From IMG/VR virus record IMGVR_UViG_3300025608_000006: DNA of 64,000 nt; one strand, 5' to 3'. The position numbers and the translations under genes are program-made. This document shows, piece after piece, positions 1 to 9,777 of the stretch; positions within the stretch are counted from its first letter, which is position 1; each line of letters opens with the position of its first letter. Below the pieces are notes generated by a model. The model was given only the letters and a program-made list of their open reading frames with translations, was not told the origin of the DNA and ran no database searches. Source of the stretch: a virus (Duplodnaviria; Caudoviricetes).

Positions 1-941
1 AGCATATGCAAAGTGCGCTCAACTTCTTCAAACTTTCCAGGGAAGCGTATATAATCATCGCGTTCAAAACTTGCATCAACACTAACAGCAAATTTAACTT
101 TGCGAAATTTACTCCATAATTCGATCAGTTCGTCGTCTACAAGAATACCATTTGAATTATAACGTAACAATACATTGTCTTGATAACCTTGCCTAATGAT
201 TTCTTCAATAAACATTTTATGTTCTTTAATCATTAAAGGTTCTCCGCCTGCAAAATAAACTTGTTTTAGGTTAGGAACTTGTGCATATAACTCTTTCCAA
301 AATGATTCTTTTTCGTGCCACTTGTTGTTAAATTCTTTTTTGTCCCATGTCATCTGTTGCTTTACAGATTCATTTTCTAATTGCGGGACTAGTTTTTTCC
401 AATCTGCTACCCACTTTGAGCTATCATGCGGACTACACATAACACATTTAATATTACAAGTATGTCCTAATCGTAAGTCTAGGTATTGCAATTGTTCAGG
501 TACTGTGCCATCTTCTGCTGTTTGCGCAATAAGTTCTTCTACATCAATACCTTCGTCATTCATCCACGTAGCAGTTTCCCAAATACGTTTACTAACAATA
601 CCTTGCGCTTCTTCATCAAAGCAACCTGTGCAACTAGCAGGTATGTTGCCTTCAAGCATGGTAGTACGAACGTTTTTCATAAAGTTACTATTCCATGCTT
701 CCATAGGAGTTACCTTACCAAAGTTAGCGTTACTACCGTCATTGTTTTTAATCAATCCAACCGTATGATTATCACCTGCGCCGCTGGCATTTGCAGTACA
801 GCAAAGTCGCATATCGCCATTAGGGCGTGTTGCCAAGTGTATCCAAGGAAGCACACAAAAGGTACAACTTGATTTAGTTTCTAAGTCGCGCTGAAACTTA
901 CCAAGTCTTGTGTCGGCGCTTGCATACCAGTATTTAGACAT
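1..941 (-). CDS. Radical SAM enzyme with N-terminal SPASM/twitch-like Cys cluster (partial, runs off the window start)
   Basis: Not in the ORF track; translated by hand from ATG at 941: MSKYWYASADTRLGKFQRDLETKSSCTFCVLPWIHLATRPNGDMRLCC...ASCTGCF...LDLRLGHTCNIKCVMC (CxxxCxxC)...FAGGEP...SVDASFERDDYIRFP. The start overlaps the stop of the upstream gene at 934-936. Confidence 0.88.
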   Translation of the reverse strand, partial: MSKYWYASADTRLGKFQRDLETKSSCTFCVLPWIHLATRPNGDMRLCCTANASGAGDNHTVGLIKNNDGSNANFGKVTPMEAWNSNFMKNVRTTMLEGNIPASCTGCFDEEAQGIVSKRIWETATWMNDEGIDVEELIAQTAEDGTVPEQLQYLDLRLGHTCNIKCVMCSPHDSSKWVADWKKLVPQLENESVKQQMTWDKKEFNNKWHEKESFWKELYAQVPNLKQVYFAGGEPLMIKEHKMFIEEIIRQGYQDNVLLRYNSNGILVDDELIELWSKFRKVKFAVSVDASFERDDYIRFPGKFEEVERTLHM

Positions 942-2007
942 CTAATCTTTCTCCTTGCACAAACTGATCTTTAGGCTTACTAAGTTTGTTTACTCCGCAG
1001 GTTCTTGCACAAGTAATTAATTTATGTGTGTTCCAGTATTTGTACCAAACTGTTTGCCAAGAATTAGAATCTATTATATCTTTTATAGAATAATCAAGCG
1101 CATTAGTATTTCCTAAATCTTTAATAAGACTAGAGTACTGTGATTTCATCTTTTGTCTAATATCTTTAGCTAAATCATTAGGATGTATATAATTATATGG
1201 AGTACTTGCTAAAAAGCAACAAGGCATAATGTTTCTTTGTGCGGTTATATAAATTTCTTTTGTTTTTTGTACAAAGCAATCTATTTCACTAGTATCGACT
1301 ATATGTTTATAATTATCGATTGTTTCTTGAGTTATTAGAGTCAGATTGCTTCCTGTTGGCGGTTCTAAATAATATTCAAGTTGTCCTGTTTTATCTAATA
1401 CTTCAAAGTTAGACGAAGCAACAAATCTTGCACTATCTTTTTGTGTAAAATTTGCAAATCCTAATTCTTTGGCGCGACTAGCTGCTTCATTTACTTGATG
1501 CTCGTTGTGTTTAAATTTGATAAATGCCCATTCTGCTATGCCGCCGGCAGCAATAAATGCCTGGGCATTTTTTATTATTGTATTGTAATTTGTACCTATA
1601 CGGTAGAGACTATGTGTATCTTCTAGTCCGTCGATTGCAAATATAACTTTATGACATTTAGGCAGTGATTTAGCAAGCTGTGTCCACCACGAAGACGTTC
1701 GTGCGCTTCCGTTTGTGTGTATTCTAATATTTAGATTTGGATTAACGCCTTTACTATACTGACACATATCTATCAAATTATTATTAATAATAGGGTCGCC
1801 AAAATTGCCACAAAAATAAAATCCTTCAAGTTGATGTAAAATTTCTTTAGTTAGAATTTTTTTAAAATCTTCTATAGTCCAGTCAGTATTTTTAATAAGT
1901 GGGTTTTCTAGTCCGCCATGATAATTTCTACTACACATAGGACAACTTGCCTGACATCTATTAGTTATTTCAAGATGTATATTTTTCAATTCATTAAATT
2001 TAAACAT
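934..2007 (-). CDS. Radical SAM enzyme with C-terminal SPASM/twitch-like domain
   Basis: LEITNRCQASCPMC (CxxxCxxC), GNFGDP, HTNGS, FAIDGLEDTH; C-terminal C..IYITAQRNIMPCC...TCARTC. Confidence 0.88.
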   Translation of the reverse strand: MFKFNELKNIHLEITNRCQASCPMCSRNYHGGLENPLIKNTDWTIEDFKKILTKEILHQLEGFYFCGNFGDPIINNNLIDMCQYSKGVNPNLNIRIHTNGSARTSSWWTQLAKSLPKCHKVIFAIDGLEDTHSLYRIGTNYNTIIKNAQAFIAAGGIAEWAFIKFKHNEHQVNEAASRAKELGFANFTQKDSARFVASSNFEVLDKTGQLEYYLEPPTGSNLTLITQETIDNYKHIVDTSEIDCFVQKTKEIYITAQRNIMPCCFLASTPYNYIHPNDLAKDIRQKMKSQYSSLIKDLGNTNALDYSIKDIIDSNSWQTVWYKYWNTHKLITCARTCGVNKLSKPKDQFVQGERLDV

Positions 2008-2605
2008 TTTTCTTTTTGCCTATAATCATATACCGTGTGTATTTAGATGTTTCAAATTCGCCGCGCCAGTAAGGCTTAATACCACTCATGCGCATAAAAT
2101 CGTCTAAGTCTGTTGCACAACGAATATGCTCGTCTAGTTCAAAATAGTTATTGCTTTGTACTACAAATAGTGCATTGTCTGGCTGATTGTTTAGCCACTG
2201 CTCATATTGTTCTTGTGTAATGTGTTCGCAACTTGTGTTAATAACAATGTTAGCAGGTTCTGTATAGGTACACATGTCTGCTGTTACTGCATCAAATCTT
2301 CCTGCTATTTCATAATTTTTATTAACAGTGTATGCAGTTTCTTGACAGTCTTCATCAATATCTACGCTTGTGATATGTTCTATACTAAGGCTGCTGTTAA
2401 AAAGTATACTTGCAAGCACACCATTCCAACCACCGTAAATTACAATGCGAGCATCGTCGTCTGCATAGTTTACACGTAGAGCATCAGCAAGCCATACTTT
2501 GCTGTTGACTTGTCCTTTCCAAAAACTTTCAAGTGTACGATATCGGTCATTGCTGTTGCGAATTGCATCCATCCAAAATAGTACATCTTGTATATCAACT
2601 CTCAT
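2000..2605 (-). CDS. Class I SAM-dependent methyltransferase-like protein
   Basis: Motif I-like IVIYGGWNGVLA, acidic ITSVDID, VTADMC, VINTSCEH. Start placed at ATG 2605 (MRVDIQD), which overlaps the upstream gene end, rather than GTG 2638. Confidence 0.65.
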   Translation of the reverse strand: MRVDIQDVLFWMDAIRNSNDRYRTLESFWKGQVNSKVWLADALRVNYADDDARIVIYGGWNGVLASILFNSSLSIEHITSVDIDEDCQETAYTVNKNYEIAGRFDAVTADMCTYTEPANIVINTSCEHITQEQYEQWLNNQPDNALFVVQSNNYFELDEHIRCATDLDDFMRMSGIKPYWRGEFETSKYTRYMIIGKKKNV

Positions 2606-3329
2606 TTCGAACCTTTTTATTGTATTCAATTGCTTCACGTAAGATACTCAGCTCAACGTTATTGCGGTGGGCTGTTTTTATGATTGCATTTGTATCTTTA
2701 GGAAAGCAATGTCCACCAAAGCCACGTTCATCTGTAATGAATGTATGACTGTCGCCAATGCGTTCGTCCATGCTTGTATAGTGCGCAACTGCTGAATACT
2801 CTACATCAAGTGCATCGCACAAATCATACAGTTGATTGAAGTATGCAACTTTAAGTGCAAGAAAACTATTGCGAGCATACTTGGCTAAGATAAGTTCACG
2901 AGGCTCTGCAATTTCAATGTTCACTTCGAACACATCTTTCCAAAAGCAGGTATTGGTTCCGCCTATGAGCATTAAACGCATGTTCTGTAGATCTTCTACT
3001 GCACTTGCTGCACGTAGGAACTCTGGGGAGAAGTTTAGCATACGATCAGGAAACGCATCTACTAGCATATCCCAGCCTTCTACAGAAATTGTGCTTTTGA
3101 TTAGTACGGGCACATCTGGTGCTGCTTCGATTACTTCGTACACATTGTCCATGTGACAACTGCCGTCTGGTCGCGGTGGTGTGCTTACACAGACAATTAC
3201 TGCATCAACATCGTCGTAAGAATTAGTATACCCTAATGCCGGGTCATTGATTACAACATCGTGTTTAAACTTTAGAACTTCGTAATGTGCTTTGCCAACG
3301 AACCCATAACCTGCTATTAATATTTTCAT
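2595..3329 (-). CDS. UDP-glucose/GDP-mannose 6-dehydrogenase family, short form lacking the C-terminal domain
   Basis: Rossmann GYGFVG, CVSTP, KSTI, SPEFL, AKYARNSFLALKVAYFN, catalytic GFGGHCFPKD; only 244 aa. Confidence 0.88.
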   Translation of the reverse strand: MKILIAGYGFVGKAHYEVLKFKHDVVINDPALGYTNSYDDVDAVIVCVSTPPRPDGSCHMDNVYEVIEAAPDVPVLIKSTISVEGWDMLVDAFPDRMLNFSPEFLRAASAVEDLQNMRLMLIGGTNTCFWKDVFEVNIEIAEPRELILAKYARNSFLALKVAYFNQLYDLCDALDVEYSAVAHYTSMDERIGDSHTFITDERGFGGHCFPKDTNAIIKTAHRNNVELSILREAIEYNKKVRNES

Positions 3330-4324
3330 ATTTTCCTCTTTGGTATTTTACTATCTGCACTGCTTACACAACTAGGTGTAACGCATTTCTTTGGTGTCTT
3401 AAACAGCGTAAAACCGCCGTCTAACGTGCCTAAAGCTTCGTCATGACAACTGTAGCTGCGCTTTACTTCGTTCTCTCTTATAACGCATCCTTGATAGCCT
3501 GCATTACATTCCCAGCCCTCGAACTTGTTAAAACCAAACGCATTAAATCGTTCTGCTTGATCTATGTAGTAGGTATTTCCGCCTGTGTCTTGCAATTCTA
3601 CTTGTAGTAAAGGTATTATTCCTTTAAATGCTTCTGGGATCGTTTGCGGGAATCCTGTTTGCATTTTGTGTACTTGTTCATCTGTGTATCCGTGTACAAC
3701 GTAGGAGGCAGTAGGGTCGGATTGGGGCTTGAGAGTGACATTAATACCTCTGGAGGCAAATCGTTCAAGACGTTGATAAAGTTCGTCAAACATTTCTGGC
3801 ACCATGACTTGATTGATTGTAACATATACACCTGCTTTCATAAGTTGAAGACATTTGTCTCCAAACTCTTGCTCGTTAGCAAACTCTGAATGATAGCTTG
3901 CTGTAATACTTCTACGTTGCAAACTGCTCGTAGTTTCTATCCATTTGTTCCACCATTTGCTTCCTGGGCTGAGATTGGTCGTCATGTGGATACTCTGGTA
4001 CTCGGGAGTTGCATCACTGCAATAATGGTCTATAACCTTCCCAAAGTATTTATAAGCTGTGGGTTCGCCGCCGCTAAAACTAAAGTGAAAATCTTTAAAA
4101 CCATTTGCACGGGCCTGACGTTTTATTTCATCTATTGTACGAGTGTAAACTTCTAAATCTTGATGGTCAGGAGTGCTGCTGCGAGCATAGGGCCAGCAGT
4201 AGCTACAGTTGTAATTACAAAATCTTGCAAGTATCCAAGACACTGTAAACAAGTTTGTATTTAATAGAGTCTTTTGACCAAAGCTTGTTATATCTTTAAA
4301 TGGTATGTTTTGAAAATTGTTCAT
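3326..4324 (-). CDS. Radical SAM enzyme with C-terminal Cys-rich extension
   Basis: WILARFCNYNCSYC, FSGGEPT, MTTNLS, ITASYH; C-terminal CNAG..SYSC..CVTPSC. ATG at 4324 preferred over TTG at 4336. Confidence 0.88.
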   Translation of the reverse strand: MNNFQNIPFKDITSFGQKTLLNTNLFTVSWILARFCNYNCSYCWPYARSSTPDHQDLEVYTRTIDEIKRQARANGFKDFHFSFSGGEPTAYKYFGKVIDHYCSDATPEYQSIHMTTNLSPGSKWWNKWIETTSSLQRRSITASYHSEFANEQEFGDKCLQLMKAGVYVTINQVMVPEMFDELYQRLERFASRGINVTLKPQSDPTASYVVHGYTDEQVHKMQTGFPQTIPEAFKGIIPLLQVELQDTGGNTYYIDQAERFNAFGFNKFEGWECNAGYQGCVIRENEVKRSYSCHDEALGTLDGGFTLFKTPKKCVTPSCVSSADSKIPKRKI

Positions 4325-4970
4325 GCAACCACTCAAAATTGTTTATAAGGCTAATGTCACTCTTATTAGAAATCCCAAACTTCCTACCAGCATTAGCACC
4401 AGCAAGAGCGTAATTGCCGTAGCGTTTCTCAGAGACTTTTGTACACCACGTATCGAGTCTCTTTTCGGTTTCTTCGTTGTTTTGTCTTGTAATTGTTTTA
4501 CTACTTAGTTTGGCACATTCTCTAAATGCACTACGCCATGTTTCAAATGGACTTGTGTTAAATGCTGTAGTATTTGCAACTTCATCCATAGCAATAAAAT
4601 GTTCACTTATGCTTGTAGTCATATCCGCCTTACTTGTATCCATTTCTATTGTAAGTTTGCGGGGAAATAACTTTACTCCTCCATAGCCATATTCTAATCC
4701 ATTAATAGGATTATTTGCTCTCCATACATGTACATGATCTAATTGATGGTCCGGGACAACATAATCAAAATTAAATGTATTTTTAATAATTGCATCGCCG
4801 TCGACTATCCAAAACATCTTAGTAAAGCATTTCTTTGCTGCCTTTATGTGTGCTTGATGTATTCCTTTAACTCCGTGTACACGTTTAGCCATAGGAAATC
4901 GTGCCTTTAGTGCAGCATAGTTTTCATCTGCAGAAGGCTCTTGGTAACTAATAAAGACTATATCGTACAT
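4296..4970 (-). CDS. GT-A-fold glycosyltransferase-like protein (paralog of 12173-13090)
   Basis: DIVFISYQEP..DENY, RVHGVKGIHQAH, DxD motif FWIVDGDA, YGYGGVKLFP, WRSAFRECAKL; all shared with 12173-13090. The GT assignment rests on the DxD motif and gene context. Confidence 0.55.
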   Translation of the reverse strand: MYDIVFISYQEPSADENYAALKARFPMAKRVHGVKGIHQAHIKAAKKCFTKMFWIVDGDAIIKNTFNFDYVVPDHQLDHVHVWRANNPINGLEYGYGGVKLFPRKLTIEMDTSKADMTTSISEHFIAMDEVANTTAFNTSPFETWRSAFRECAKLSSKTITRQNNEETEKRLDTWCTKVSEKRYGNYALAGANAGRKFGISNKSDISLINNFEWLHEQFSKHTI

Positions 4971-4976
4971 TGTATT

Positions 4977-5005
4977 ATTGTAACACCGTGTTTAATAAAT
5001 GTCAA
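4977..5005 (-). promoter_or_regulatory. sigma70-type promoter TTGACA-17-TACAAT, probably giving a leaderless mRNA
   Basis: TTGACA at 5005-5000, 17-bp spacer, TACAAT at 4982-4977; the ATG of the next gene begins at 4970 and has no SD. Confidence 0.75.
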
Positions 5006-6522
5006 GAAGAGTATCGATTATATAGTTCAGCAAATTCTGGAAATGTTTCGCAGAAATTAGTGTTTCTACGGGCATCATGCTGATCAAAATATTTAACTAG
5101 GTTATAACGATTTCTTTCAACTGCTTCATCGTTATTCAAGTGACGTGCTTTTAATACTGCTAGATTGCGTTCTGCTTTTTTAATTTCAAAGTCATAAAAG
5201 CCTACAAAATCGTCAGTATTTGCATTTGCTTTCATAAATTCAATTGCATCTTCTAAATAATGATCAAACTCTTTAGGTAGTATTTGTATTGCTTGCCATG
5301 CTGGATTTCTTAGTAACGGAATATCAAACCAAATTCGCTGCCTTGGGTGGATTTCGTAGTCGTCATGTGTATTGTACTGATCATATATAGGAATATATTT
5401 TGTTCCTTGATTGCCTTTACTGTACTCGGCTCTTAGAGAAAGTATATATTCTAAAAAGCTTTTAAATTTAGGAACACTCAATGCGTTGAATGTATTGATA
5501 AATGTCATTGTTGTATTATTGGTTTCTGCTAAAAATCTATCTACATTACTTTGCATTGCACTGTAATCTAATCCTGTTCTGATATATTCGGCTTGTTCTT
5601 CTACACTGTCAACACTAACAAATACTGCGACATTTTTTAATGCCATGTTAACATACCAGTTGTTACCTGAGCCAGGATTAAAACGTTCGTCGTCTTTCCA
5701 TATTTGTATTTCTTCTAGTTTCTTCAACTTGGTAATAAATTTGTCCATTAATTCAGATTTTGGAGGTGAAAAGTTACTGGTTACGCTAACCTCTAACCAT
5801 GCGTTAGGATTTTCGTAGATATAATCCAATACTTTAAATGTATTAACGTCCATTAGCGGCTCTCCGCCTGTGATACGAAATACTTCAAGTTTTTTGTATA
5901 ACTCCGGCCACCATTTCCAAAATGCTGTTACATAGGGATTATCGGCTTGCGGAACTTTTAGTGGCATTAATCCATCTTTTGCTAGATACTCGGTATTATT
6001 ATGTTCTGCCTTTTCGCCTTTGTCATTTATAATACTATAAGATCCGAACTTGTTGATTTCTTCTTCCCATGCTGTGCTAAGGTGCGGACTACAATATGAA
6101 CATTTAAGATTACATGCTTGATTAAAGTTTACTTCTACGTAACGCGGAGTTATATCTCCGGTATCTAATGCTTCAAAAACATCCGTTTTAGAATTTTGTG
6201 CCCATTGCTCGCCGCTGCGATAAATTCTATCACTGCGTCCGCCTTGATCTTCAATTTTCCAACAGTAATTACATCCTTCAGGACGTTTACCTGCGAGCAT
6301 CTCTTTGCGTTCTTGTTTCTTTTGTTTTGTATTATGTAGAGCACTTGGATTTTCTTTAATTTCTTCCGCATCAATTTTATGCAAGGGAGGATGATAACAA
6401 CTATGTGTTGTGCCGTTGGTCAAGTGCATGGACATCTGTGCCCATTTTGCATAGCACATGCTTGACGAAATACGTTTTAATTGGGATTCTGCTACATCAG
6501 CAGCATCATTATAATTACTCAT
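5002..6522 (-). CDS. Radical SAM enzyme with N-terminal twitch-like domain
   Basis: MCYAKW..THSCYH..GCNYCW; EVNFNQACNLKCSYC; ITGGEPL; VSVDSVEEQAEYIRTGL. Confidence 0.88.
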   Translation of the reverse strand: MSNYNDAADVAESQLKRISSSMCYAKWAQMSMHLTNGTTHSCYHPPLHKIDAEEIKENPSALHNTKQKKQERKEMLAGKRPEGCNYCWKIEDQGGRSDRIYRSGEQWAQNSKTDVFEALDTGDITPRYVEVNFNQACNLKCSYCSPHLSTAWEEEINKFGSYSIINDKGEKAEHNNTEYLAKDGLMPLKVPQADNPYVTAFWKWWPELYKKLEVFRITGGEPLMDVNTFKVLDYIYENPNAWLEVSVTSNFSPPKSELMDKFITKLKKLEEIQIWKDDERFNPGSGNNWYVNMALKNVAVFVSVDSVEEQAEYIRTGLDYSAMQSNVDRFLAETNNTTMTFINTFNALSVPKFKSFLEYILSLRAEYSKGNQGTKYIPIYDQYNTHDDYEIHPRQRIWFDIPLLRNPAWQAIQILPKEFDHYLEDAIEFMKANANTDDFVGFYDFEIKKAERNLAVLKARHLNNDEAVERNRYNLVKYFDQHDARRNTNFCETFPEFAELYNRYSS

Positions 6523-7442
6523 TTAAATCTCTCATGTAAATATTCTGCAACTTCTATACTGATAACTTCGCCCGGGTGTTGTAGATCTCTTGCAGTTTTA
6601 TCAATCTTAAAGTGTTTTTCGGCATTTAGGATTTGGGCAGTAGAATAAAAAAAGGATATACTAGAATACTTGCTGCGTTCTTTCCATAACCACTTTCCAA
6701 TTAATCCTTGATTATAAGTAAGGCCTATTTCGTGGGAAGGATCTGCATATGTAAGTTGCCATAATTTACTAACGTCAGTTTCTTGACTCGTGTGAGGAGC
6801 TTTGTGTCGTCCGTCCCAAGGCCCAGATTTGTGTCTGCCGATCTTTGAAAAAAATTCAAATCTATCCGTAGGAGTCCAAATAGTAGCTACTGCGTATGGT
6901 GTTTCAAAGCTTTCCAATATTTTTGTAGAATTATATAAAATTAAACTATTCGAACCTCCTGGAACTCCTAAATTAATTACTGGGCGCCCGGATAGTCGTT
7001 CTAAATGAAATGATATTGTCTCGTCGTCCGATAGGCCAATGCCGTATGTACAAGAACAACCTAATAATACAATAGAGTTTTTCCAATCAATTTGATCCCA
7101 TTCTAGAGTACGGAAACCTGAACTATTAACTGTATATGTAACCTCTTTTGTTAGATATTTCCAATCTTTACCTTTTTTTCTTTTACTACTGTTAAATCTA
7201 TTTTCGTCGTCTCCTTGCAACCATAGATATTTTCCAGAAACTTCTGGAGAATCAATTTTATTAAATGTGCCGACTGGATTTATTCCGAAAGGGTGCTCTG
7301 TATCCGTTAGATACAATGGAAAATTGTCATCTATCTGTTTATCATCAAATAAAGGAGGTGATTTATTAGATTTTTCATTCGTATTTTGGCTTTGAGTGAC
7401 CGAACGAAATCTTGCCATCATTTTTTTATTTTTTTTACTCAT
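6519..7442 (-). CDS. SGNH/GDSL-hydrolase-like protein
   Basis: Block I-like LLGCSCTYG, block II-like INLGVPGGSN, terminal D..HPG (RDLQHPG). Confidence 0.55.
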   Translation of the reverse strand: MSKKNKKMMARFRSVTQSQNTNEKSNKSPPLFDDKQIDDNFPLYLTDTEHPFGINPVGTFNKIDSPEVSGKYLWLQGDDENRFNSSKRKKGKDWKYLTKEVTYTVNSSGFRTLEWDQIDWKNSIVLLGCSCTYGIGLSDDETISFHLERLSGRPVINLGVPGGSNSLILYNSTKILESFETPYAVATIWTPTDRFEFFSKIGRHKSGPWDGRHKAPHTSQETDVSKLWQLTYADPSHEIGLTYNQGLIGKWLWKERSKYSSISFFYSTAQILNAEKHFKIDKTARDLQHPGEVISIEVAEYLHERFK

Positions 7443-7450
7443 ATTAGCCT

Positions 7451-8461
7451 TTAAATATTGTTTATATAGTTATATAAGTGTTTTGCAAATAAGTCATGTC
7501 CTTTCTGACTAGGATGCGAACACGGTGTCATCCATCCGTTATATGAACCTTTTCCTAAAAACTGAAAATAATGATCATGTTTATCATCTAACTTATCTTC
7601 TTGAGCAATAACTAAGTCAGCAAATGTAGTGTGTCCGTCAGGTTTAAACATGTTGTTCCATGGAAATAACTCCAACAAATTTGTTTTATCTGATGCAGAC
7701 TTGCTTAGGATAGGCTTGGTAGATTTTACAAATAACTCATCTTTTCTTGTTACTTCTTTTGATAAACATTCTCGAAAATAGTCCTTGTCGTATCTTCTAT
7801 CAAAACCCGGTGTAATTATTAATTTTGCCTTTTTAGACTTACACCAAGACATTAGTTCTTGCACATGGGCAAGTTGTTCTATTACCTCAAATTTATCACT
7901 TGACAGAGTTTTAGCATACCCTTCCCATAGCGTTTTACGCGGACTCTCTTCCATATCTTTATAATGGGGCCACATGCATTTCCAATTAAAATGGTCAACT
8001 GCTACATCATTAACAAAATCAAATCTTTCAAGACCGCTAGGCATATATAGCACTATAATTTCTTTTAATTCGTTATAGTTAATTTCAGGATACATATATA
8101 ATTCTTTGATTGACGCTCTATTGCCACATCCTCGAAGTCCTAGATTAATTGGAGTATATTTTCCGTTAAAATACTTGTTGCACAAAACACTAACAAAGGC
8201 ATTTTTGTATTCCATCATAGTAAAATCCATTCCATGCATTGAATTGGAAACACCTTGATAATTTTTTGATATTCTTTTACGCTCTTTTGAAGATGCATCT
8301 ATAACAAGTGGAAGTCCTTCAGTATACTTCCATTTAAAATTTTCATATAGCTCATCATCAAATGCGCCTTGGCCTTGTACAAAGGAACACCCAATTGCAA
8401 TAATGGCCCTTTTAGTATTTTTTAAATCTTTGTTTATTCTAGTAACTTGCGATTTATACAT
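7451..8461 (-). CDS. SGNH/GDSL-hydrolase-like protein
   Basis: AIGCSFVQG, INLGLRGCGN, terminal CSHPSQKGH. Confidence 0.55.
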   Translation of the reverse strand: MYKSQVTRINKDLKNTKRAIIAIGCSFVQGQGAFDDELYENFKWKYTEGLPLVIDASSKERKRISKNYQGVSNSMHGMDFTMMEYKNAFVSVLCNKYFNGKYTPINLGLRGCGNRASIKELYMYPEINYNELKEIIVLYMPSGLERFDFVNDVAVDHFNWKCMWPHYKDMEESPRKTLWEGYAKTLSSDKFEVIEQLAHVQELMSWCKSKKAKLIITPGFDRRYDKDYFRECLSKEVTRKDELFVKSTKPILSKSASDKTNLLELFPWNNMFKPDGHTTFADLVIAQEDKLDDKHDHYFQFLGKGSYNGWMTPCSHPSQKGHDLFAKHLYNYINNI

Positions 8462-9777
8462 TATGTTTCCTTATCGACATAATCTTCTATAACTTTTAAA
8501 TACGGTGAAGGATGTTTATTAGTCCTAGACTTTAAAATGTTATAATTATGATTTAAAATATCTTCTAAGCCTCGAAACCATTCTAATTTATCATCAACAG
8601 ACATACTGTTTATTCTAGAAATTTCATTAGTAATTGCTTGCATACGTGGCCAAGTACTTAATTTATCATAACTTTCATCGATAAAGGGACTAAATGTTTT
8701 ATAGCCTAATTCACGCAATCTAGATAAAGATCCTTTGTTTCCAGCTATTATAAAAGGATGACAGCATGCTATAGGTTTAAATGTTTTTTCACTAAGAAAA
8801 CATTCGTGCTCACTGTCTCCAAACGATGCTTCGCTAACAACTGTAACCCAGGTGTCTAACATTATTTGTTCGTTAAACATAGTCAAATAGTTTCCGCAAT
8901 CGTGATCGGCAAATTTTTTTAATCCTGAGTTGTTCGGAGGTAGTAACGGTAATTTACCAATTATATTAGAATAGTCGCTTTCTGTCATTGTTTTGTCTTC
9001 GTAGTAAGACTGATTCAATTTAAAGACATTCATACTGTTTATTCCACAGTCTAATAATCCAGCATCTGATAGATGCTTAAAAAACCAAGCACGATGAGCT
9101 CTTGGGCGCTTCTGTAATGCACTATATGTTTTTATGGTAGACAAGTTAGTTTCTTTATACGTTAATTGTTGTTCAAAATTTGGATATGTATCAGTTGCAG
9201 CATGGGATAAAATGTTTGCAATCGAAGTTTCAAAATGTGGATAAGGAACTACAAAAATTTTATTATCTGGAAGTCGATCTTTAGCCCAGTTATTATATTG
9301 ATCTCTACTATCTAAATTGCCAGTAACATATATAATTTGCGTAGGAGGTATTCTATACTTTTCAAGATTATTGTGAAACCATGCCCAAAGCCATTCGGTT
9401 TGATACCCTTCATGACACTGATCTATTAGTAAGTATGCATTTTTTCGGCTTAATGATTTACGTTGTTTTTTACTTAGGTGTCCAAATAAAGTAACTCTAT
9501 TAGGATTTTCTTTATCAAGACCTAACCCAGTATCGTCTGGACCGCACCAATCCCACGGGGCATGGGCTACACCAGTTGCAATAATATGTTTCTGATTTTT
9601 TTCTCGAGTTGTAGAGAATGTGTGGTATCCGTGTTCTTGTTGTCCTCGACGCTGATGATAATCAATTACGATAGGACTAGGAGTAAATCTACGTATTCCG
9701 GATAGATTTTTATCACGGCATTTAATAAAATTTGTAAATAATCCGTGCGTGCCTATAGATTCGAATAAAAAATGCAT
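8461..9777 (-). CDS. GT10 (fucosyltransferase)-like / GT-B glycosyltransferase-like protein
   Basis: C-terminal VVSEASF..FLSEKTFKPI..HPFIIAG..GSL..LRELGYKTF..IDESYD resembles the ENx..xTEK nucleotide-sugar motif of GT10 enzymes. Confidence 0.45.
   Translation of the reverse strand: MHFLFESIGTHGLFTNFIKCRDKNLSGIRRFTPSPIVIDYHQRRGQQEHGYHTFSTTREKNQKHIIATGVAHAPWDWCGPDDTGLGLDKENPNRVTLFGHLSKKQRKSLSRKNAYLLIDQCHEGYQTEWLWAWFHNNLEKYRIPPTQIIYVTGNLDSRDQYNNWAKDRLPDNKIFVVPYPHFETSIANILSHAATDTYPNFEQQLTYKETNLSTIKTYSALQKRPRAHRAWFFKHLSDAGLLDCGINSMNVFKLNQSYYEDKTMTESDYSNIIGKLPLLPPNNSGLKKFADHDCGNYLTMFNEQIMLDTWVTVVSEASFGDSEHECFLSEKTFKPIACCHPFIIAGNKGSLSRLRELGYKTFSPFIDESYDKLSTWPRMQAITNEISRINSMSVDDKLEWFRGLEDILNHNYNILKSRTNKHPSPYLKVIEDYVDKET

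Noticed and set aside
322-872. Plus-strand ORFs 322-768 and 486-872
   Set aside because: They are antisense to the radical SAM gene (<1-941) that the ORF track missed because it runs off the window edge.
2606-2638. ORF-track N-terminal extensions (GTG 2638, TTG 4336, TTG 52928)
   Set aside because: They overlap upstream genes or promoters; the better starts are 2605, 4324 and 52967.
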